Shown here one piece after another: positions 1 to 12,143 of a stretch of DNA of 64,000 bases. The notes under the pieces are model-generated. The model had not been told where the DNA came from. It saw only the letters and a program-made list of their open reading frames with translations, and did no database searches. Source of the DNA: Nitrospirales bacterium (lineage in GTDB: Bacteria; Nitrospirota; Nitrospiria; Nitrospirales; UBA8639); the NCBI GenBank assembly GCA_965203295.1, contig CBDBCZ010000015.1:800001-864000 (forward strand), given 5' to 3'. The position numbers were made by a program, and so were the translations under genes. Position 1 is the first letter of the stretch. Every line of letters begins with the position of its first letter.

Positions 1-62
1 AAGACACATATGGGTGTACTTATTGAAGGAAAAAGTTACATGCAGGATTATGACCTAAGTAC

Positions 63-3000
63 CTTGCTCTTCAAAGTATCCAAGAGCTCTCTGTGGCAGT
101 CCATGGTAGACCAGAGCCCCAAGTGAGAGGAGAGTGAGGCTGTCAAACTGCTTGAAGATGGCATAGCGGGGCTGGTGGATCGACAGGATTACAATCCTAT
201 CATTGACTTGACTCAGGCTGAAAGAGAAAATGGTAATGGTCACTGAGTGTACTGTACCACATATATCATTGTGTAATTGTGTGACTATTGGTTGAGACAT
301 GTTTCTGCTTTATGTTATCACTAGTCAAAGTTGATATGAAACAGTAAAATGTTTTGGTGCTTGTCTTGCGTAATACACTGATGATGGTGTCTGTATGGTC
401 ACAAAAACATTTGACTTGTACTAGTGGTAACATACAGCAGATTGAAGCAGCTCGTGTAACTCCACATGTATGTACATACAAACTGGCTGAAGATTTGAAA
501 CCGGGCTGTACGTACATGTATACAATGCAGAGTGTAGCAGTTGCAAGCTAATAAAGTGCGCAATGACTATAATTATATGGAACTACATGTGTACAGCAAT
601 ACAAAGGTCCTACAGTTTCTGGGTGTAAAGAAGATTGACCTACGTACGTGTACAAATTCCTATTTAGATCACATCCCATTTGCTGCTTGCAAGAGTAGGA
701 CTTGTACATGTATGTATTTTGGGTGCTTGTCAGGGTTTCATACAGAGAGGGGCACCCTAGGATCCCCCCCCCCCCCCTCCCCATCCCCCCCCCAGGATTT
801 TGAACTGTTAAAATGTTGAACTTGTGGTTTAACACAAACTTGGGGTAGTCACATACACTGTATATGTAAACTGCTATCTCAGGGCAGTTGTTTTGTTCGA
901 ATTTTCTGAGGGAGCATTCGACCCCCATTGCCAGAATCTCCTCCCCCCCCCCCTCTTAAAGTTGGTTGCCAATGTTTCGCACACATGTATGGTTAACAGT
1001 GTCAGCAAATTTACAATAAATGTACTTAAAAATGCACCAAAAGTGATCTCAGAGGGTCTAATTAAAAAATTTTTCCATGCCCCCAGACCCCCCTAGCATG
1101 ACGTACAATGAGAACTTTTCTGAATGAACCCCACTGGAATGCCCCCACACCCCCTTACAAGGACGTTTGCTTTTCCAAAAAACTTTCCCACCCCCAGCAA
1201 AAAATCCTGTATGAAACCCTGATTGTAGACTAATGTGGATGTGAAATGTATAGCAATGGGCACACACCAGACTGATAAAACACACACGTCATGTTTCTAT
1301 ACAACAAATCACTTTTTGATACCTGCTGGGTGACAGTTGTAAGCGTACCTGTACATGTAGGAACAATTACACACACATCTACCTCATACATGCACATAAA
1401 CTAGTACATGTACACACTCACTCCTTGAGTAGCTTGATAACAGAAACAGCAGTGTTGGCATCCAGGCCAGTGGTAGGCTCATCCAGAAATAGTATCTGAG
1501 GCTCAATGATCAGCTCCATGCCAATGCTGGTGCGCCTCCTCTCACCACCGGAAACACCACGAATAAATTCGTTCCCAATCTATGTGTGTGTACACGTATG
1601 CATGAAAATTCATGTCTCTATTACAATTTTCTGTAAGTTACAAGATGTAGCAAGTTGCTTAGCACTTTGCCCTCATTTAATATATACATGTAGGCTTTAC
1701 TTTTGAGTCAGAGCAGCCGCTGAGGCCCAGCTCTTTGATGACCTTCTCCACTCTCAACTTCCTCTCTTCCCATGTTGTGTGGGAAGGGAGACGGAGGGCA
1801 GCAGAAAAGTGTAGGTTCTCGCGCACTGTCAGAGTACCCATCACAACAGCAGCATCATCCTGGAGGAAAGAGTATAGGTCAAATAACTACATTCATAGGA
1901 CACGGTCACTCTACTGTTGTAGACAAGCATAAGAATACTACTGCAAGTTCATCTTAAAAGACATGCCCGTATAAAACTCTCCTATGTGTGACGTGTAGAT
2001 GTATGTGCTACATTATTACCAGCTGGGCAATGTGAAGCATGTTTCAATTTGCATAATGTACTGGGCCTGAAAGTGAATTCTATAGCAACAGGTGCTACCT
2101 AGCAATTATAATAGCTTACACAGCCAATTTTGACCCCACTGGGCTTGGGTTAATAGCTGACCAGCTGCTTCACATTGCCCAGCTGGTAATAGTGCTGGCT
2201 GGTCTTAAGTTTGTTTTACTTTTTTGTCTGTGCATCTGCACATACGCACATGTATCATGTGTGCAGCATTCATTTTTTTATATCATGTGTTACTATGCAG
2301 CACTGTTTTTCCTGCTTGTAAACTGTTCAGCCTGCTTACAAAACATTAGTCGTGCTTGTAAACCATCCAGAAAGCTTATAAACCATTTGTCTGGCTTAGA
2401 AATAGTTTGTGCCTATTTCTTAAACAGCATAGGCCAACACAGAACACTGTGGGGCAAGCCTGAGTGAGTGCATATGTCTTACCAGTGTATGCAGAGAATG
2501 AAATTACCAGCATGGCATACCAACATAACAACTCATGTATATATACACATCTTCTGATTACAATATTGTTGTGCTAACCTGCACAACATATCCCACTGAG
2601 CACTTGAAGTTGTGTTGTTTTCGTTTGCCATCAATCAGTACAGCTCCAGTCAAGCCTGACTTATCCTTTCGGTCAGCTAAAATGTCAAGCAGTCTACACA
2701 AACAAAATTAACAATCAGTATGTAGTTACTGTAGTTCACAGTGCTATACGTAACTACCAATACAACAACTACACCTTGTCCCTAGCCTTTACACGTATTC
2801 GGACTTACGTAGTTTTTCCACTGCCTGTGGGTCCCATAATCGCATTTAAACCTGGTAACATCACACCACTGCAGGAGGAGTGCATAATACATCGAAGACA
2901 CATGAACATGTTGGTCTCATACAGAGTAGCTGCAAATCACAGCGTAGTGCATTTACAGAGACCATCCTAGGTAATTAAAATTGTAGAGAGGATGGTCCCC

Positions 3001-6000
3001 GTAAACGCACTGTGCTGTGTTTTGTAGCTACTCCGTAACGCATTGCGCTCTGATGTGCAGGTAGTCCGTGAATGCATTGTGGTGTGAGTTGTAGCTTGTT
3101 TCATTTGTTTTTGCATCCCTACATGTCATTGAATGGTTTTTGCACTTTTTGGTAAAGTGTTAATTATGTAACTTGTTTTGGGTATTTCTTTTAGGAGGGG
3201 GCGTGAAATCGGGGTCAGAAACTGAAGGGATATCTTGATTCTGACCCAGCCAAGCCATCTGCACAACGGACATGCTGTGAACGAAAATGTTGTCTACCAA
3301 AAAACTGCTGCCAACGTAAACCACAAGGTCTGGGTTCACAGGTCTACCAATGCACTTCTTCCCTCACTAGCTCAAACGGAGTCGGTTTTCGACACAATAA
3401 AGTTGAGGTTTGAATGTGGAGCTGCCTCCACGTGGCTCAGGCCGGGATCTGTCAGTAGCACTACTGCCACTGGTAGATGCTACGCAAATGTTCCATACAA
3501 ATCACATCGAGTGAGTTAAACACACAAGTAGTTGCACGAGTAAAGCGAGCGCAACTATTCGTATAACATTAATAAACAGTTTACACTAAAGGGGTAAAAA
3601 TTGATAGTTGCTCTGTTCCACCCACACTTATTAGTGAATTTGTGCCTTAATTATTTGAATAAGCCCTTCATACAGTAGCATAAGAATCACTTATATATTC
3701 ACCTGTCTGGGTTGCTTTTCACTACCTGACGGCATAGGTATTCAATGATATTTACAGAAGGTAGGCCTAACTTGATAACAGTTTTTTGTGGACTCACAAG
3801 TATTCTAGACTGCTGGATCAGAAGTGACTGGTGCCGAATGTTCAATAAAGACAACACGCTCATACTGCTCTCAGAAACAATTCACCGCATCTGTCGTATA
3901 CATGCAGACACAAAGGCTACCGCTGATCAACTTGACCTACGGAAGCTTTTAGTAACATAATAATGCAGAACAGCAGCAATAGAACATTTGAAACTGAATG
4001 GCTCAAGCTTGCACCATACTCGTAATATGGAATGAAGAGAGTAGTCTTGCGTACAACTTATGGGACAAACTGTATGTTTTGTGGAGTGTAGAGCAATGCT
4101 ATGATGGGAATAATGCCAATGTAATTGCATTGGTGAAGCTCTAAAGGTCTGGACAAACCAGATTACTTGACATACATCGGCAGGTGTACCATATGGGGGA
4201 TACTACTGCTGCTCTGGGCTTTTCTTTATGTCCTAAATGATGCCAGACTGCATGGAGGTTACAGGGAGAGGAACTGTGCATACCCTACAGTACAAGTAGT
4301 GCACTGTGCATTCCCTATAGTAAGGGATGCAGAGCGGGGGCACTACGCATCCTCCACGGTACAAGTAGGGATGCAGAGTGGGGGAGGGGGGGGGGATACT
4401 ACTGCTGCTCTGGGCTTTTGTTGATGTCCTAAATGACTGCATGGAGGTTACAGGGAGAGGAACTGTGCATCCTCTATAGTACAAATGAGGGATGCAGAGC
4501 GGGGGAGGGGGGTGGGGCACTGTGCATCCTCCACGGTACAAGTAGGGATGCAGAGTGGGGGAGCACTCCACGTTCCCTTCTGTATAGGTAGGGGAAGCGG
4601 AGTGAGGGGGGGGAGGGGGTCTCTGCGTCCCATACAATTAGCAGGGATTAATTACAAAATCCATCATTTAGCCAATGCCCCAAATGTCGATAAATACAAA
4701 TTATAATCTTTATGAGGCACAGTTTACTGACCCAGACCATTCCATATCTGAACAGGCTGTGATTACCATAGTCCAATGTGTACAGGGGTTTGTCAATGTT
4801 GCTGAGGCGTAGGAAACCAACTAGGATAGTATTTGTTTGCTTATGGCAAGCATAAAATATTATACTGATGCACATCAGAGGAAAACATAATTCATCCTCA
4901 TTAAAATGGTGGATGGCACCAATAGCTGGAGAGGATAACTGTTTTTGCACCTATCAGGTATTCATCCTTACTACACTTTGTTTTAAAAGTCAGTCGATCA
5001 AAGTATGACAGACCACTTGCCCATGCACAATGGATACATATCTCATACAAAATTTATATATCCCATACAAGCATGGGGATGTGCAAGCTGTCTGTGATAC
5101 AAAAATGATTTTTTGACTTAAAACAAGTTCACTGAAAAAATCCAGCTAGGGTTATCTAAAAAAAAGTGGAACACTTTGCCACCCAATTTCGGAAGGAAAG
5201 AAAGACTATTAACGCATAAATATTCTGTACCAACCTGTGCTTTTACCATAGATAGTAGCTATGCTAATACCCACCGAAGAATGCTATAGCTTGGCTTCCT
5301 AAGTACATAATCTTATTGCACTGTTACATAACTGCACATTCTCTGGTACTGGAGCTGCAACTGAGCAACCTATGGTAGGTTTTTAAACTAACAACTATAT
5401 TTTTACAGTGTATAGTAAGAATGAAACTTGGTAAAATAATTTGTATACGTACCCTATGAATGTGCATACAAAAAAAAGTGTTGATTTGTATGGGTTATTA
5501 CATGGATTTGAGTGCGAATTGGGAGTAATTGCATTGAGAGGTGAGTAAAGGCAGCGAACAATGACGAGAACAAGCATCACCAAGCGACTTTTAAATTATA
5601 CTGGCCATCCGGGTCTACTTTGTGATTAAGTACATATTTACTAGGATGCAGCGATTTTTATCCTTTGGCCATACCTATTTATGCTTTGCTGCTCGAGCTA
5701 GCTCAGCTCTTTGTTATTATTGGTGTCATCCACCATATAAATTCCATGCTGATTACCTGCAATGGTATGTGTTCATAAATTGTCTCGGTATGGATTTTTA
5801 AAAAGAGTGAACGAAAATAGGATGAAATAAAGCGAATCCGAAAAAAATAGTTGAGGAGACAAGTCTACCTAGCCATTTTTCCCTTCATGGAAGGGAATCT
5901 GTTGCAGACTATATTGCAGAATATATGTAATTTAATGCAGTTTAATAACATATTCGCACGCGAGACTAACCAGCCGGTACGAGGCTAGCAACCCGGCTCA

Positions 6001-6321
6001 TAGTACCAGTCTCGCGTGCCAGCCGATGACAGTTGTTCGAGGTCTGACACAACATACTTACCTCACAGACTTGAGGATCCTTTTGCTTGGTTTCCTAAAG
6101 CAGCACTTCCTCTGCTGCACCTCGTACGAGATGTTGTGGAAGGAAAGGCATCGCAGACCGCCCGCGCTGGGAATCTCTGGAATTGCCGGAGTGTAGCTGT
6201 AGTCGTCTATTTCAATGAAGGCAGTCTGAGTCTCGGTCAGGGCATAGATATTATCTATGGTCAGGGTGGCGTCAGCGTAGTTATGATCTTCGGAACTGAA
6301 GAACGTCGCTTGCTTTGCCAT
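63..6321 (-). CDS. ABCG2: ABCG2-like half transporter, copy A (5' part, 6 coding exons; continues past left window edge)
   Basis: GT-AG exons 6062-6321, 2809-2868, 2579-2693, 1701-1859, 1422-1579, 63-217 splice in frame. They encode Walker [10 protein letters not shown]-loop GYVVQDD, signature VSGGERRR, Walker [13 protein letters not shown] and H-loop SIHQPRY. No disabling lesions seen. Confidence 0.93.
731..1221. mobile_element. MITE with 15-bp perfect TIRs (hAT-like CAG...CTG ends)
   Basis: CAGGGTTTCATACAG at 731 and CTGTATGAAACCCTG ending at 1221; C-rich interior; no clear TSD. Confidence 0.7.
4197..4570. repeat. ~195-bp tandem duplication with internal GGGATGCAGAG subrepeats
   Basis: GGGATACTACTGCTGCTCTGGGCTTT... 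occurs at ~4197 and ~4392; ACAAGTAGGGATGCAGAG is repeated. Confidence 0.75.
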
Positions 6322-7017
6322 TTCAGAAGTCAAGCAAATATTACCATAGAGAGTAAAATAGAGTAGTTACGAGCGTGCCCGTGCGTGACTACGCTGGAGT
6401 GAAGCTGGCACGTGCGAGACGCGCGTAAACGATTGATGGTAGGGCAAAATTTACAGGAAAGTGTTTGCGGAAAACAAAAGAAAATAGAAGTGTGGTGTGT
6501 CTAACACGCCCTATGAATACTGTAGAGACTGTTAGTTAAGGTGACCCTTTGCAACCTGACATGTACTATCAATGAAGGAACCGACAGCTAAGGAACTACG
6601 AAGTAATAAATGCGGGGGCGGGGCACGCTACGATGTGCGCCGCGCCAGCTCACGTAGCTCTTGACCGCGCAAGAAGCAGTAAGGTAGATCACGCTTAGGT
6701 TGAACTCTCTAGAATTGAAGTACAAAAAATGAAGTCTTTATTCAAGGAACAGGATATTTGAGAGAGTTACAAATAATTTGTAGCAAGACCTGACAGTTCT
6801 CAATTTATACCACACCTGGTGCATTTCAAGAGCTCACCTGAAACAGTAGTTGATTGTAGGTATCTATCGATGGATGCATGTAAAAACTTTGAGATTGTAC
6901 TTCCGTTATTTATAAGAGTAAAATGGAAGCGGTAACATACAAGAAAGGTTATAGACGTCTGTCAGCATTAACATATTGATAGCAGGTATGTGTATCTTGC
7001 ACATGTCTCCTTGCCAG

Positions 7018-7504
7018 ACCTGGTGGACTTTGCTGATGAGGAAGGCAAAGGGAAGTACCTGGATCTCCATGAGGTCTACGACTACTACATGTACATACCT
7101 CGACCTCAAGCAGATAGAAGTACCAGTGCAACTATAGTAATATTATGGTCTTAATGTTATAGTCTTCCCTTTACTTGCATGGAAAGGTATTTCCGTCATT
7201 GGTCCCAACACTCACTCTAAACGAGGCCTTTGGAAAGCCTGTCAACCCGAAATGCTATGAGAACTCTCAAACTAACATGTAAGTGACATACGGGTTGAAA
7301 ATCGTCTAAAAACATAATATTATTTTATGTTTCCCCTACAGAAGTGGAGTCACTAAAGTGCCTAATACATATACTGCAAGTGAAAGACATTCCTGTCAAT
7401 ATTCCTCTCTGTAGAAAGTTGACTTGACTACCTGACCTACTTGCAGATATTAGATCGACTCTTTGAAAACATTACAAAAAGAAGAAAACTGTGGAATGCA
7501 AAAG
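7018..7504 (+). pseudogene. SF3A3: SF3A3 (splicing factor 3A subunit 3 / Prp9) two-exon remnant
   Basis: Exon ~7018-7119 reads DLVDFADEEGKGKYLDLHEVY..YLDLKQIE (cf. NLVEFTDEEGYGRYLDLHDCYLKYINLK). Exon ~7415-7504 reads KVD..YLTYLQILDRLFE (cf. KLDYITYLSIFDQLFD). Both carry frameshifting insertions; other exons were not found. Confidence 0.8.
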
Positions 7505-7791
7505 TGAAACTCTAATATTTGGCTGAGTAAAGGGCATTCAGGCATACTAGTATAATTAGATTCTTAGGTAGTCATATGCTGCAGGAATAGGAAGAATTAT
7601 TATTATGGTTGACACATATGCCATGAATAAACTGCTTATAAAATTGTTACAATGCAGGCAGCTACCTGTCTCGTAGGAATTGTCATTCATGTATGTACAA
7701 CTGCAGTGCTTTGTATGTGTACATTGTATACACATGTAGCAGTAATCCTTGAAATACATGCACATGCAACTTAACATATACAAAAAGTGTA

Positions 7792-8822
7792 CAGCAGACT
7801 CGTCCCATCCCACCTGTTGTAGACAACATTAGTGGAGTGAATGTTGCACGCATGACCTCACGGACTCGCTGGTCGTACAGCCGTCTCTTCTCTTGCTCAT
7901 GCCTGCGATACACGGATGATAGTGGACCATTACAATTCGATTGGGCGCTCGGGTTAAATACCAGTACATCGACAAATGCCTTTTCAAATCTTCCCCCCCA
8001 GAACCTGTACATTGCAACATCCAAGTGAGCACCATCTTCAGTGATTGCAGAGCAGTGAGAAAAGGACCCACCAGAGAGTGACTGTAGGTGGGGCTTGATT
8101 GTAACTGCATGACAAACTTCAGTCAATAGCGAAGCAGTAATGTCTCTGACTTCGTTTTGTCTCACAGCTGGGAACCCCTCGATTTTGCAGGTGAGGGCAT
8201 GTTCAACACTGAATAGTTGTCCTCAAGTGCAGTGCGATGGCGAGTTCTTAAGTGACCAACCGTATCTGAGGGAGAGGCCATCTCTGAAGGCGGACTTGTG
8301 CAGAGCGAATCCATGCTCATCGATGGGCAGTGCTGTCAGCCAGGTTGAAGCTCCTTTTTCCTGGGAGAGTTCCATGGAACGTTGGAGAGGAGCCGGGAGT
8401 TGTCATCGCAGGTTTTCCGCATTTTCCTTCTGCTTTGTACGTTTGTTAGAGTGGATTCTTCTCTTGATGTTTTGCTGACCATTATGGCAATTGTTGAGTT
8501 GTTGGTCCTGATTGATGATTCGCTCAACAAGTGGGCACTAATGCAGCCTGTTGCTCTTTTGCTACAGCGACAGGATTCATGAGAGCCAAACCGCCAAGTC
8601 TTGCAGGTAGTGCTAACAACTCACAAACATGTTCTCCTGGAGGAGGTTGCCCTGTGAGTGCAGGGATGAAGCGTGACTGGATTGCTTTCTTTAGGGATTC
8701 CAGAGTGTGACTGCTTCCCAATTAAATTATACCCTTAGAAGGTAGTTCCACTTTGAGGAGAGGCCGTGGGTGAATGCAGCATAAGCTACATGTGGCCTCA
8801 GCAAACTTGCTAACCTCGTTTA
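7792..8822 (-). mobile_element. Degraded non-LTR retrotransposon fragment (CRE-like; RT C-terminus, Zn knuckle, restriction-like endonuclease)
   Basis: Frameshifted pieces read LALPARLGGL, WLTALPIDEHGFALHKSAFRDGLSLRYGW, a C-x-C...H...C knuckle (a stop replaces the second Cys), RQNEVRD, LDVA, AFVDV, EQEKRRLY and FTPLMLSTTGGMG. Confidence 0.8.
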
Positions 8823-9189
8823 CCCAGCTTGGCACTACGCCAGTATGTCGAAAGAAAAGTTAAAATCGCTCCGCCTGTTCCACTTAATTCCCTTTTCTTC
8901 ATGGTAGGCGTGCCACAAAATAAATGTGCCACACCCAGCAATTCTCGCGAAGCGAGGACGTCCCTGCACATCGATAGTAGCTATGCAATATCACTAGTAA
9001 AAAATTATATTATCCATGATCTATAGTTAGCCACGCCTGTTCGCCGTGCCGGGAAATCTATTATAGGATTCGAGTTGCTCGAGGCGGAGACTCTTCTGCT
9101 TTATCTCAGACTCTAGTAAGACTTCTGGTGGTTTATCCAAATCGAACGAGTTAAGGGCATTTTAATAGTTCTGACATGGTGATGTGAGT

Positions 9190-10995
9190 GATTTGTAAGG
9201 TCTACCCATAGAGCTATTATCTATGGTCTACCGTAGAATCTAAGAGTGTTGCTATTAGGTTAGTAGATGTACCAGTACTTTGTGTGGGAGTTTGTTTGAC
9301 TAGCAATAGTTGGAGGAGGAAATACCTAGCCTGTAGCCTTTCCACATGTGGGGATGCAAATTCAAAGTGAATGTACAGTTTTATGAATTTCAAGAACCTT
9401 TGCAAGGCCTATCAAAGAGCTAAGAGTGTTGCTTGTAGGTTACGTAGTAGATGTAATGCCACTATTTTCGGGGAAGTTTGTTAGGTGAGCAAGTTATGTA
9501 GAGGCAAAAATGTGTAGATTAAATCTTGTAGACCCTCCCTATGTAAATTATAAAAGGATGCAAATTCAAAGTGGCTGTGTTATCTGAATGAAAGGTCCTC
9601 CATAGAGTTATGTAGCTAAGAGTGTTGCTTTGAGTTTAGTAGATGTAATGCCGAGGGAGTTTGTTACTAATAGTTAGAGGCAGAAGTCTCCTGTAGACCT
9701 TCCCTGTGCAAGATCACAAATTTAAAGTGGTTGTGTAGTTTTACATTCAGCAAGAAACCTTTGCTAGGTCCATCAAGGGGCTAAGGGTGTTGCTTTTAGG
9801 TTAGTAGATGTACTGTATATATACTTTGCCACTACATTTGTGTTGAACGAGCAATAGTTAGAGGCAATCATATCTACATTAAATGCTGTAGCCTCTTCCT
9901 GTCTGAGGACGCAAATTCAAATAGGTTGTGTCGACATCTTGTGATCAGTGAGAAACCTTTGCAAGGTCCACCAAAGATCTACATGTGAGATGGGTGCTTT
10001 TAGGTTAGTACGTAGATGTACATGTAATACCACTGTAATTCGGGGAATTTGTTGGACATGTCAGGATTAAATTCCGTAGCCCCTCCCTGTGTATGGACGT
10101 AATGTCAAAGTGGTTGTGCAGTTTATGAATAGTGAGAAATTATTGTGAGGTTCACTAAAGAGCTATATATATATAAGTGTTGCTGTGGAGTAGATGTAAA
10201 TGCCACCACTTTGGGGGAGTTTGTGAACTATCAGCAGTAGTTAGAGGCAGAAATGAATCTTGTAGCCCCTTCCTGTGTGAGGACACAAATTGAAAGTGAT
10301 TATGTACCATTATGAATAGCATGAAATCTTTGCAAGGTCCACTGAAGAGTTAAGAGTGTTGCTCTTAGGTTAGTAGATGTTACTTTTTGGGGAGTTTGTT
10401 TGATGAGCAATGGGTTAGAAGCAGAAATGTCTATGCTGAATTTTATGTAGTCTCTCCCTGTGGGAGGATGCAAATTCAAAGTGGTTGTATAGGTGTACGC
10501 AAGATTTACCATAGAGGCTTTGTGGTTACTAGATGTACCACCACAACATTTTGATTTCGTTGGACTAGCATTAGGTAAAAGAAAAAATATAGGTCTATAT
10601 TAAATCCTGTAGCACCTCCCTGTGTGAGGATAATTTGTAGTGTGTAGTTGAGTAGTTTTATGAACAGAAGATACCTTTGCAATGTCCATAAAAAAGCTAA
10701 AAATGTTGCATTAAAATTAATATATGTATGATGTAATTACTCTGCAAGTTTATTGGATGAACAATAGTTATACAATGTAGTGGCAGAAATGGCTATATTA
10801 AATCCTGTAATCCCTCAGGAGGCAATTTCATCCGGTTGTGTAGTTTTATTAACAGAATAAAATCCAAGAGCTAAGAGTGTTGCATTTAGTTTAGTACCGC
10901 TATCTTTTGTTGGACTAGCAATTGTTAGAGCTACGTGTAGAAGTGATTTCTGTAGCCCCTTCCTGTTTCAGGATGTAAATTGAAAGTTGTTATCT
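9190..10995. repeat. Degenerate tandem array, about 10 units of ~180 bp
   Basis: Recurring AAGAGTGTTGCT..AGGTTAGTAGATGTA..CTGTAG.CC.TCCCTGTG..GGATGCAAATTCAAAGTGG..CCTTTGCAAGGTCCA, with anchors near 9242, 9422, 9618, 9783, 9990, 10175, 10352, 10515, 10700 and 10873. Confidence 0.85.
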
Positions 10996-10996
10996 A

Positions 10997-11150
10997 CAGT
11001 GGAACCCCTCTAATGTGGACACCTTGGGGACCTAGTAAAATGTCCTGTATAGAGATGTGTCCTCATTTCATTACATTACGAAAGTATATTTGGGACACAG
11101 CAAAGTGTCCTTAATGCAGAGGTGTCCTTATTTAAGGGGTGTCCTTGTAC
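10997..11150 (+). mobile_element. Tc1/mariner (pogo/Tigger-type) MITE end, truncated
   Basis: TA followed by CAGTGGAACCCCTC, with internal GGTGTCC/GGACAC subrepeats; no intact right TIR. Confidence 0.6.
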
Positions 11151-11466
11151 GACACTGGAATGCACAGTGGAGTGCTGAAGTAGTGGACTGAAGTACACAT
11201 CTTGCTATATGTACGTATGGAATAGTGGACAGTCTTTTGTGAGTAAGTACAATATACCCCACATATTTGGTATTCCTTACTTACAGGTGAGAAATGTGAT
11301 GTAGTTGTACATGTATGTAGGGGCAAGAAGAGTCAGGGGGTGTCCTAAGCAGTACTTTTAGTGCTGACCAGTTTATGACTCTACGTACTTGTAGTATGCA
11401 TGAGGCTGTCGGTGTTGCAAAGAGCTACAATCATTTAATGTTGCTGAACGCTACAGGTATAGATTA

Positions 11467-12143
11467 CAGGGCCGTAGGAGTAGGTCTAGCAGGTGTGGTT
11501 GTCGCTGGGCCAAAGTTCGGCAAGCAAGCATCACACCCATTATACATATTCCTAGCATTAAGTCGCCGTATAGTAGTACAATTATGTCAGCATGGCCGAG
11601 TCGCACTTCACAGTCGTCCAGTTTCAACCGACGAAAGACCAGCTAGGTTTGATCAGCCAGGTTATGCTGTATACCACAACCTTGAGGAGCTGTTACTCAC
11701 AGAATATAAATAGTAAATTATCAACAAGCAGGTTATATGTTATGCGGTATACCACAACCTTGAGGAGCTGTTACTCACAGAATATAAATAGTAATTATCA
11801 TCAACAAGACGCTGCATGTGCTTCTCACTTTCACAAATCGTTGTAAACCTCACTAGCACTACAGTATGCACATGCAGGTACGGTACGTACTCTAATTCAC
11901 AGTAGGTGATGTATGCGCAGTCAAACTAGGTGGAGCAATGCCTGTAAAGCTGAGCTTCAAGCACAAATGATAGGTTTGGTAGCAGGTCGTGTCCAATTCT
12001 TGCTATTTTACACCAAGATTTCACTAGAAACAATCTCAGTAGGTCCAAATTTTTCGGGAGGATCATGTCCCCACACCCCCTAGAAGGATATGCCCTGCTC
12101 CACTACCCACCAGATCAAAGGGAAAATGCTGCCTATGGTCCTG
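11467..12143 (+). mobile_element. hAT-like internally deleted element
   Basis: Imperfect TIRs CAGGGCCGTAGG / CCTATGGTCCTG. The internal peptide RFDQPGYAVYHNLEELLL resembles hAT (ZMYM1-like) transposases. A ~77-bp tandem duplication lies at ~11660-11810. Confidence 0.55.

Noticed and set aside
4233..4637. 134-aa Pro/Cys-rich ORF
   Set aside because: Product of an intronic tandem duplication with G-runs; no splice or homology support.
9190..10995. CRISPR-like array
   Set aside because: Whole units are homologous with no unique spacers, the context is eukaryotic, and there are no cas genes.
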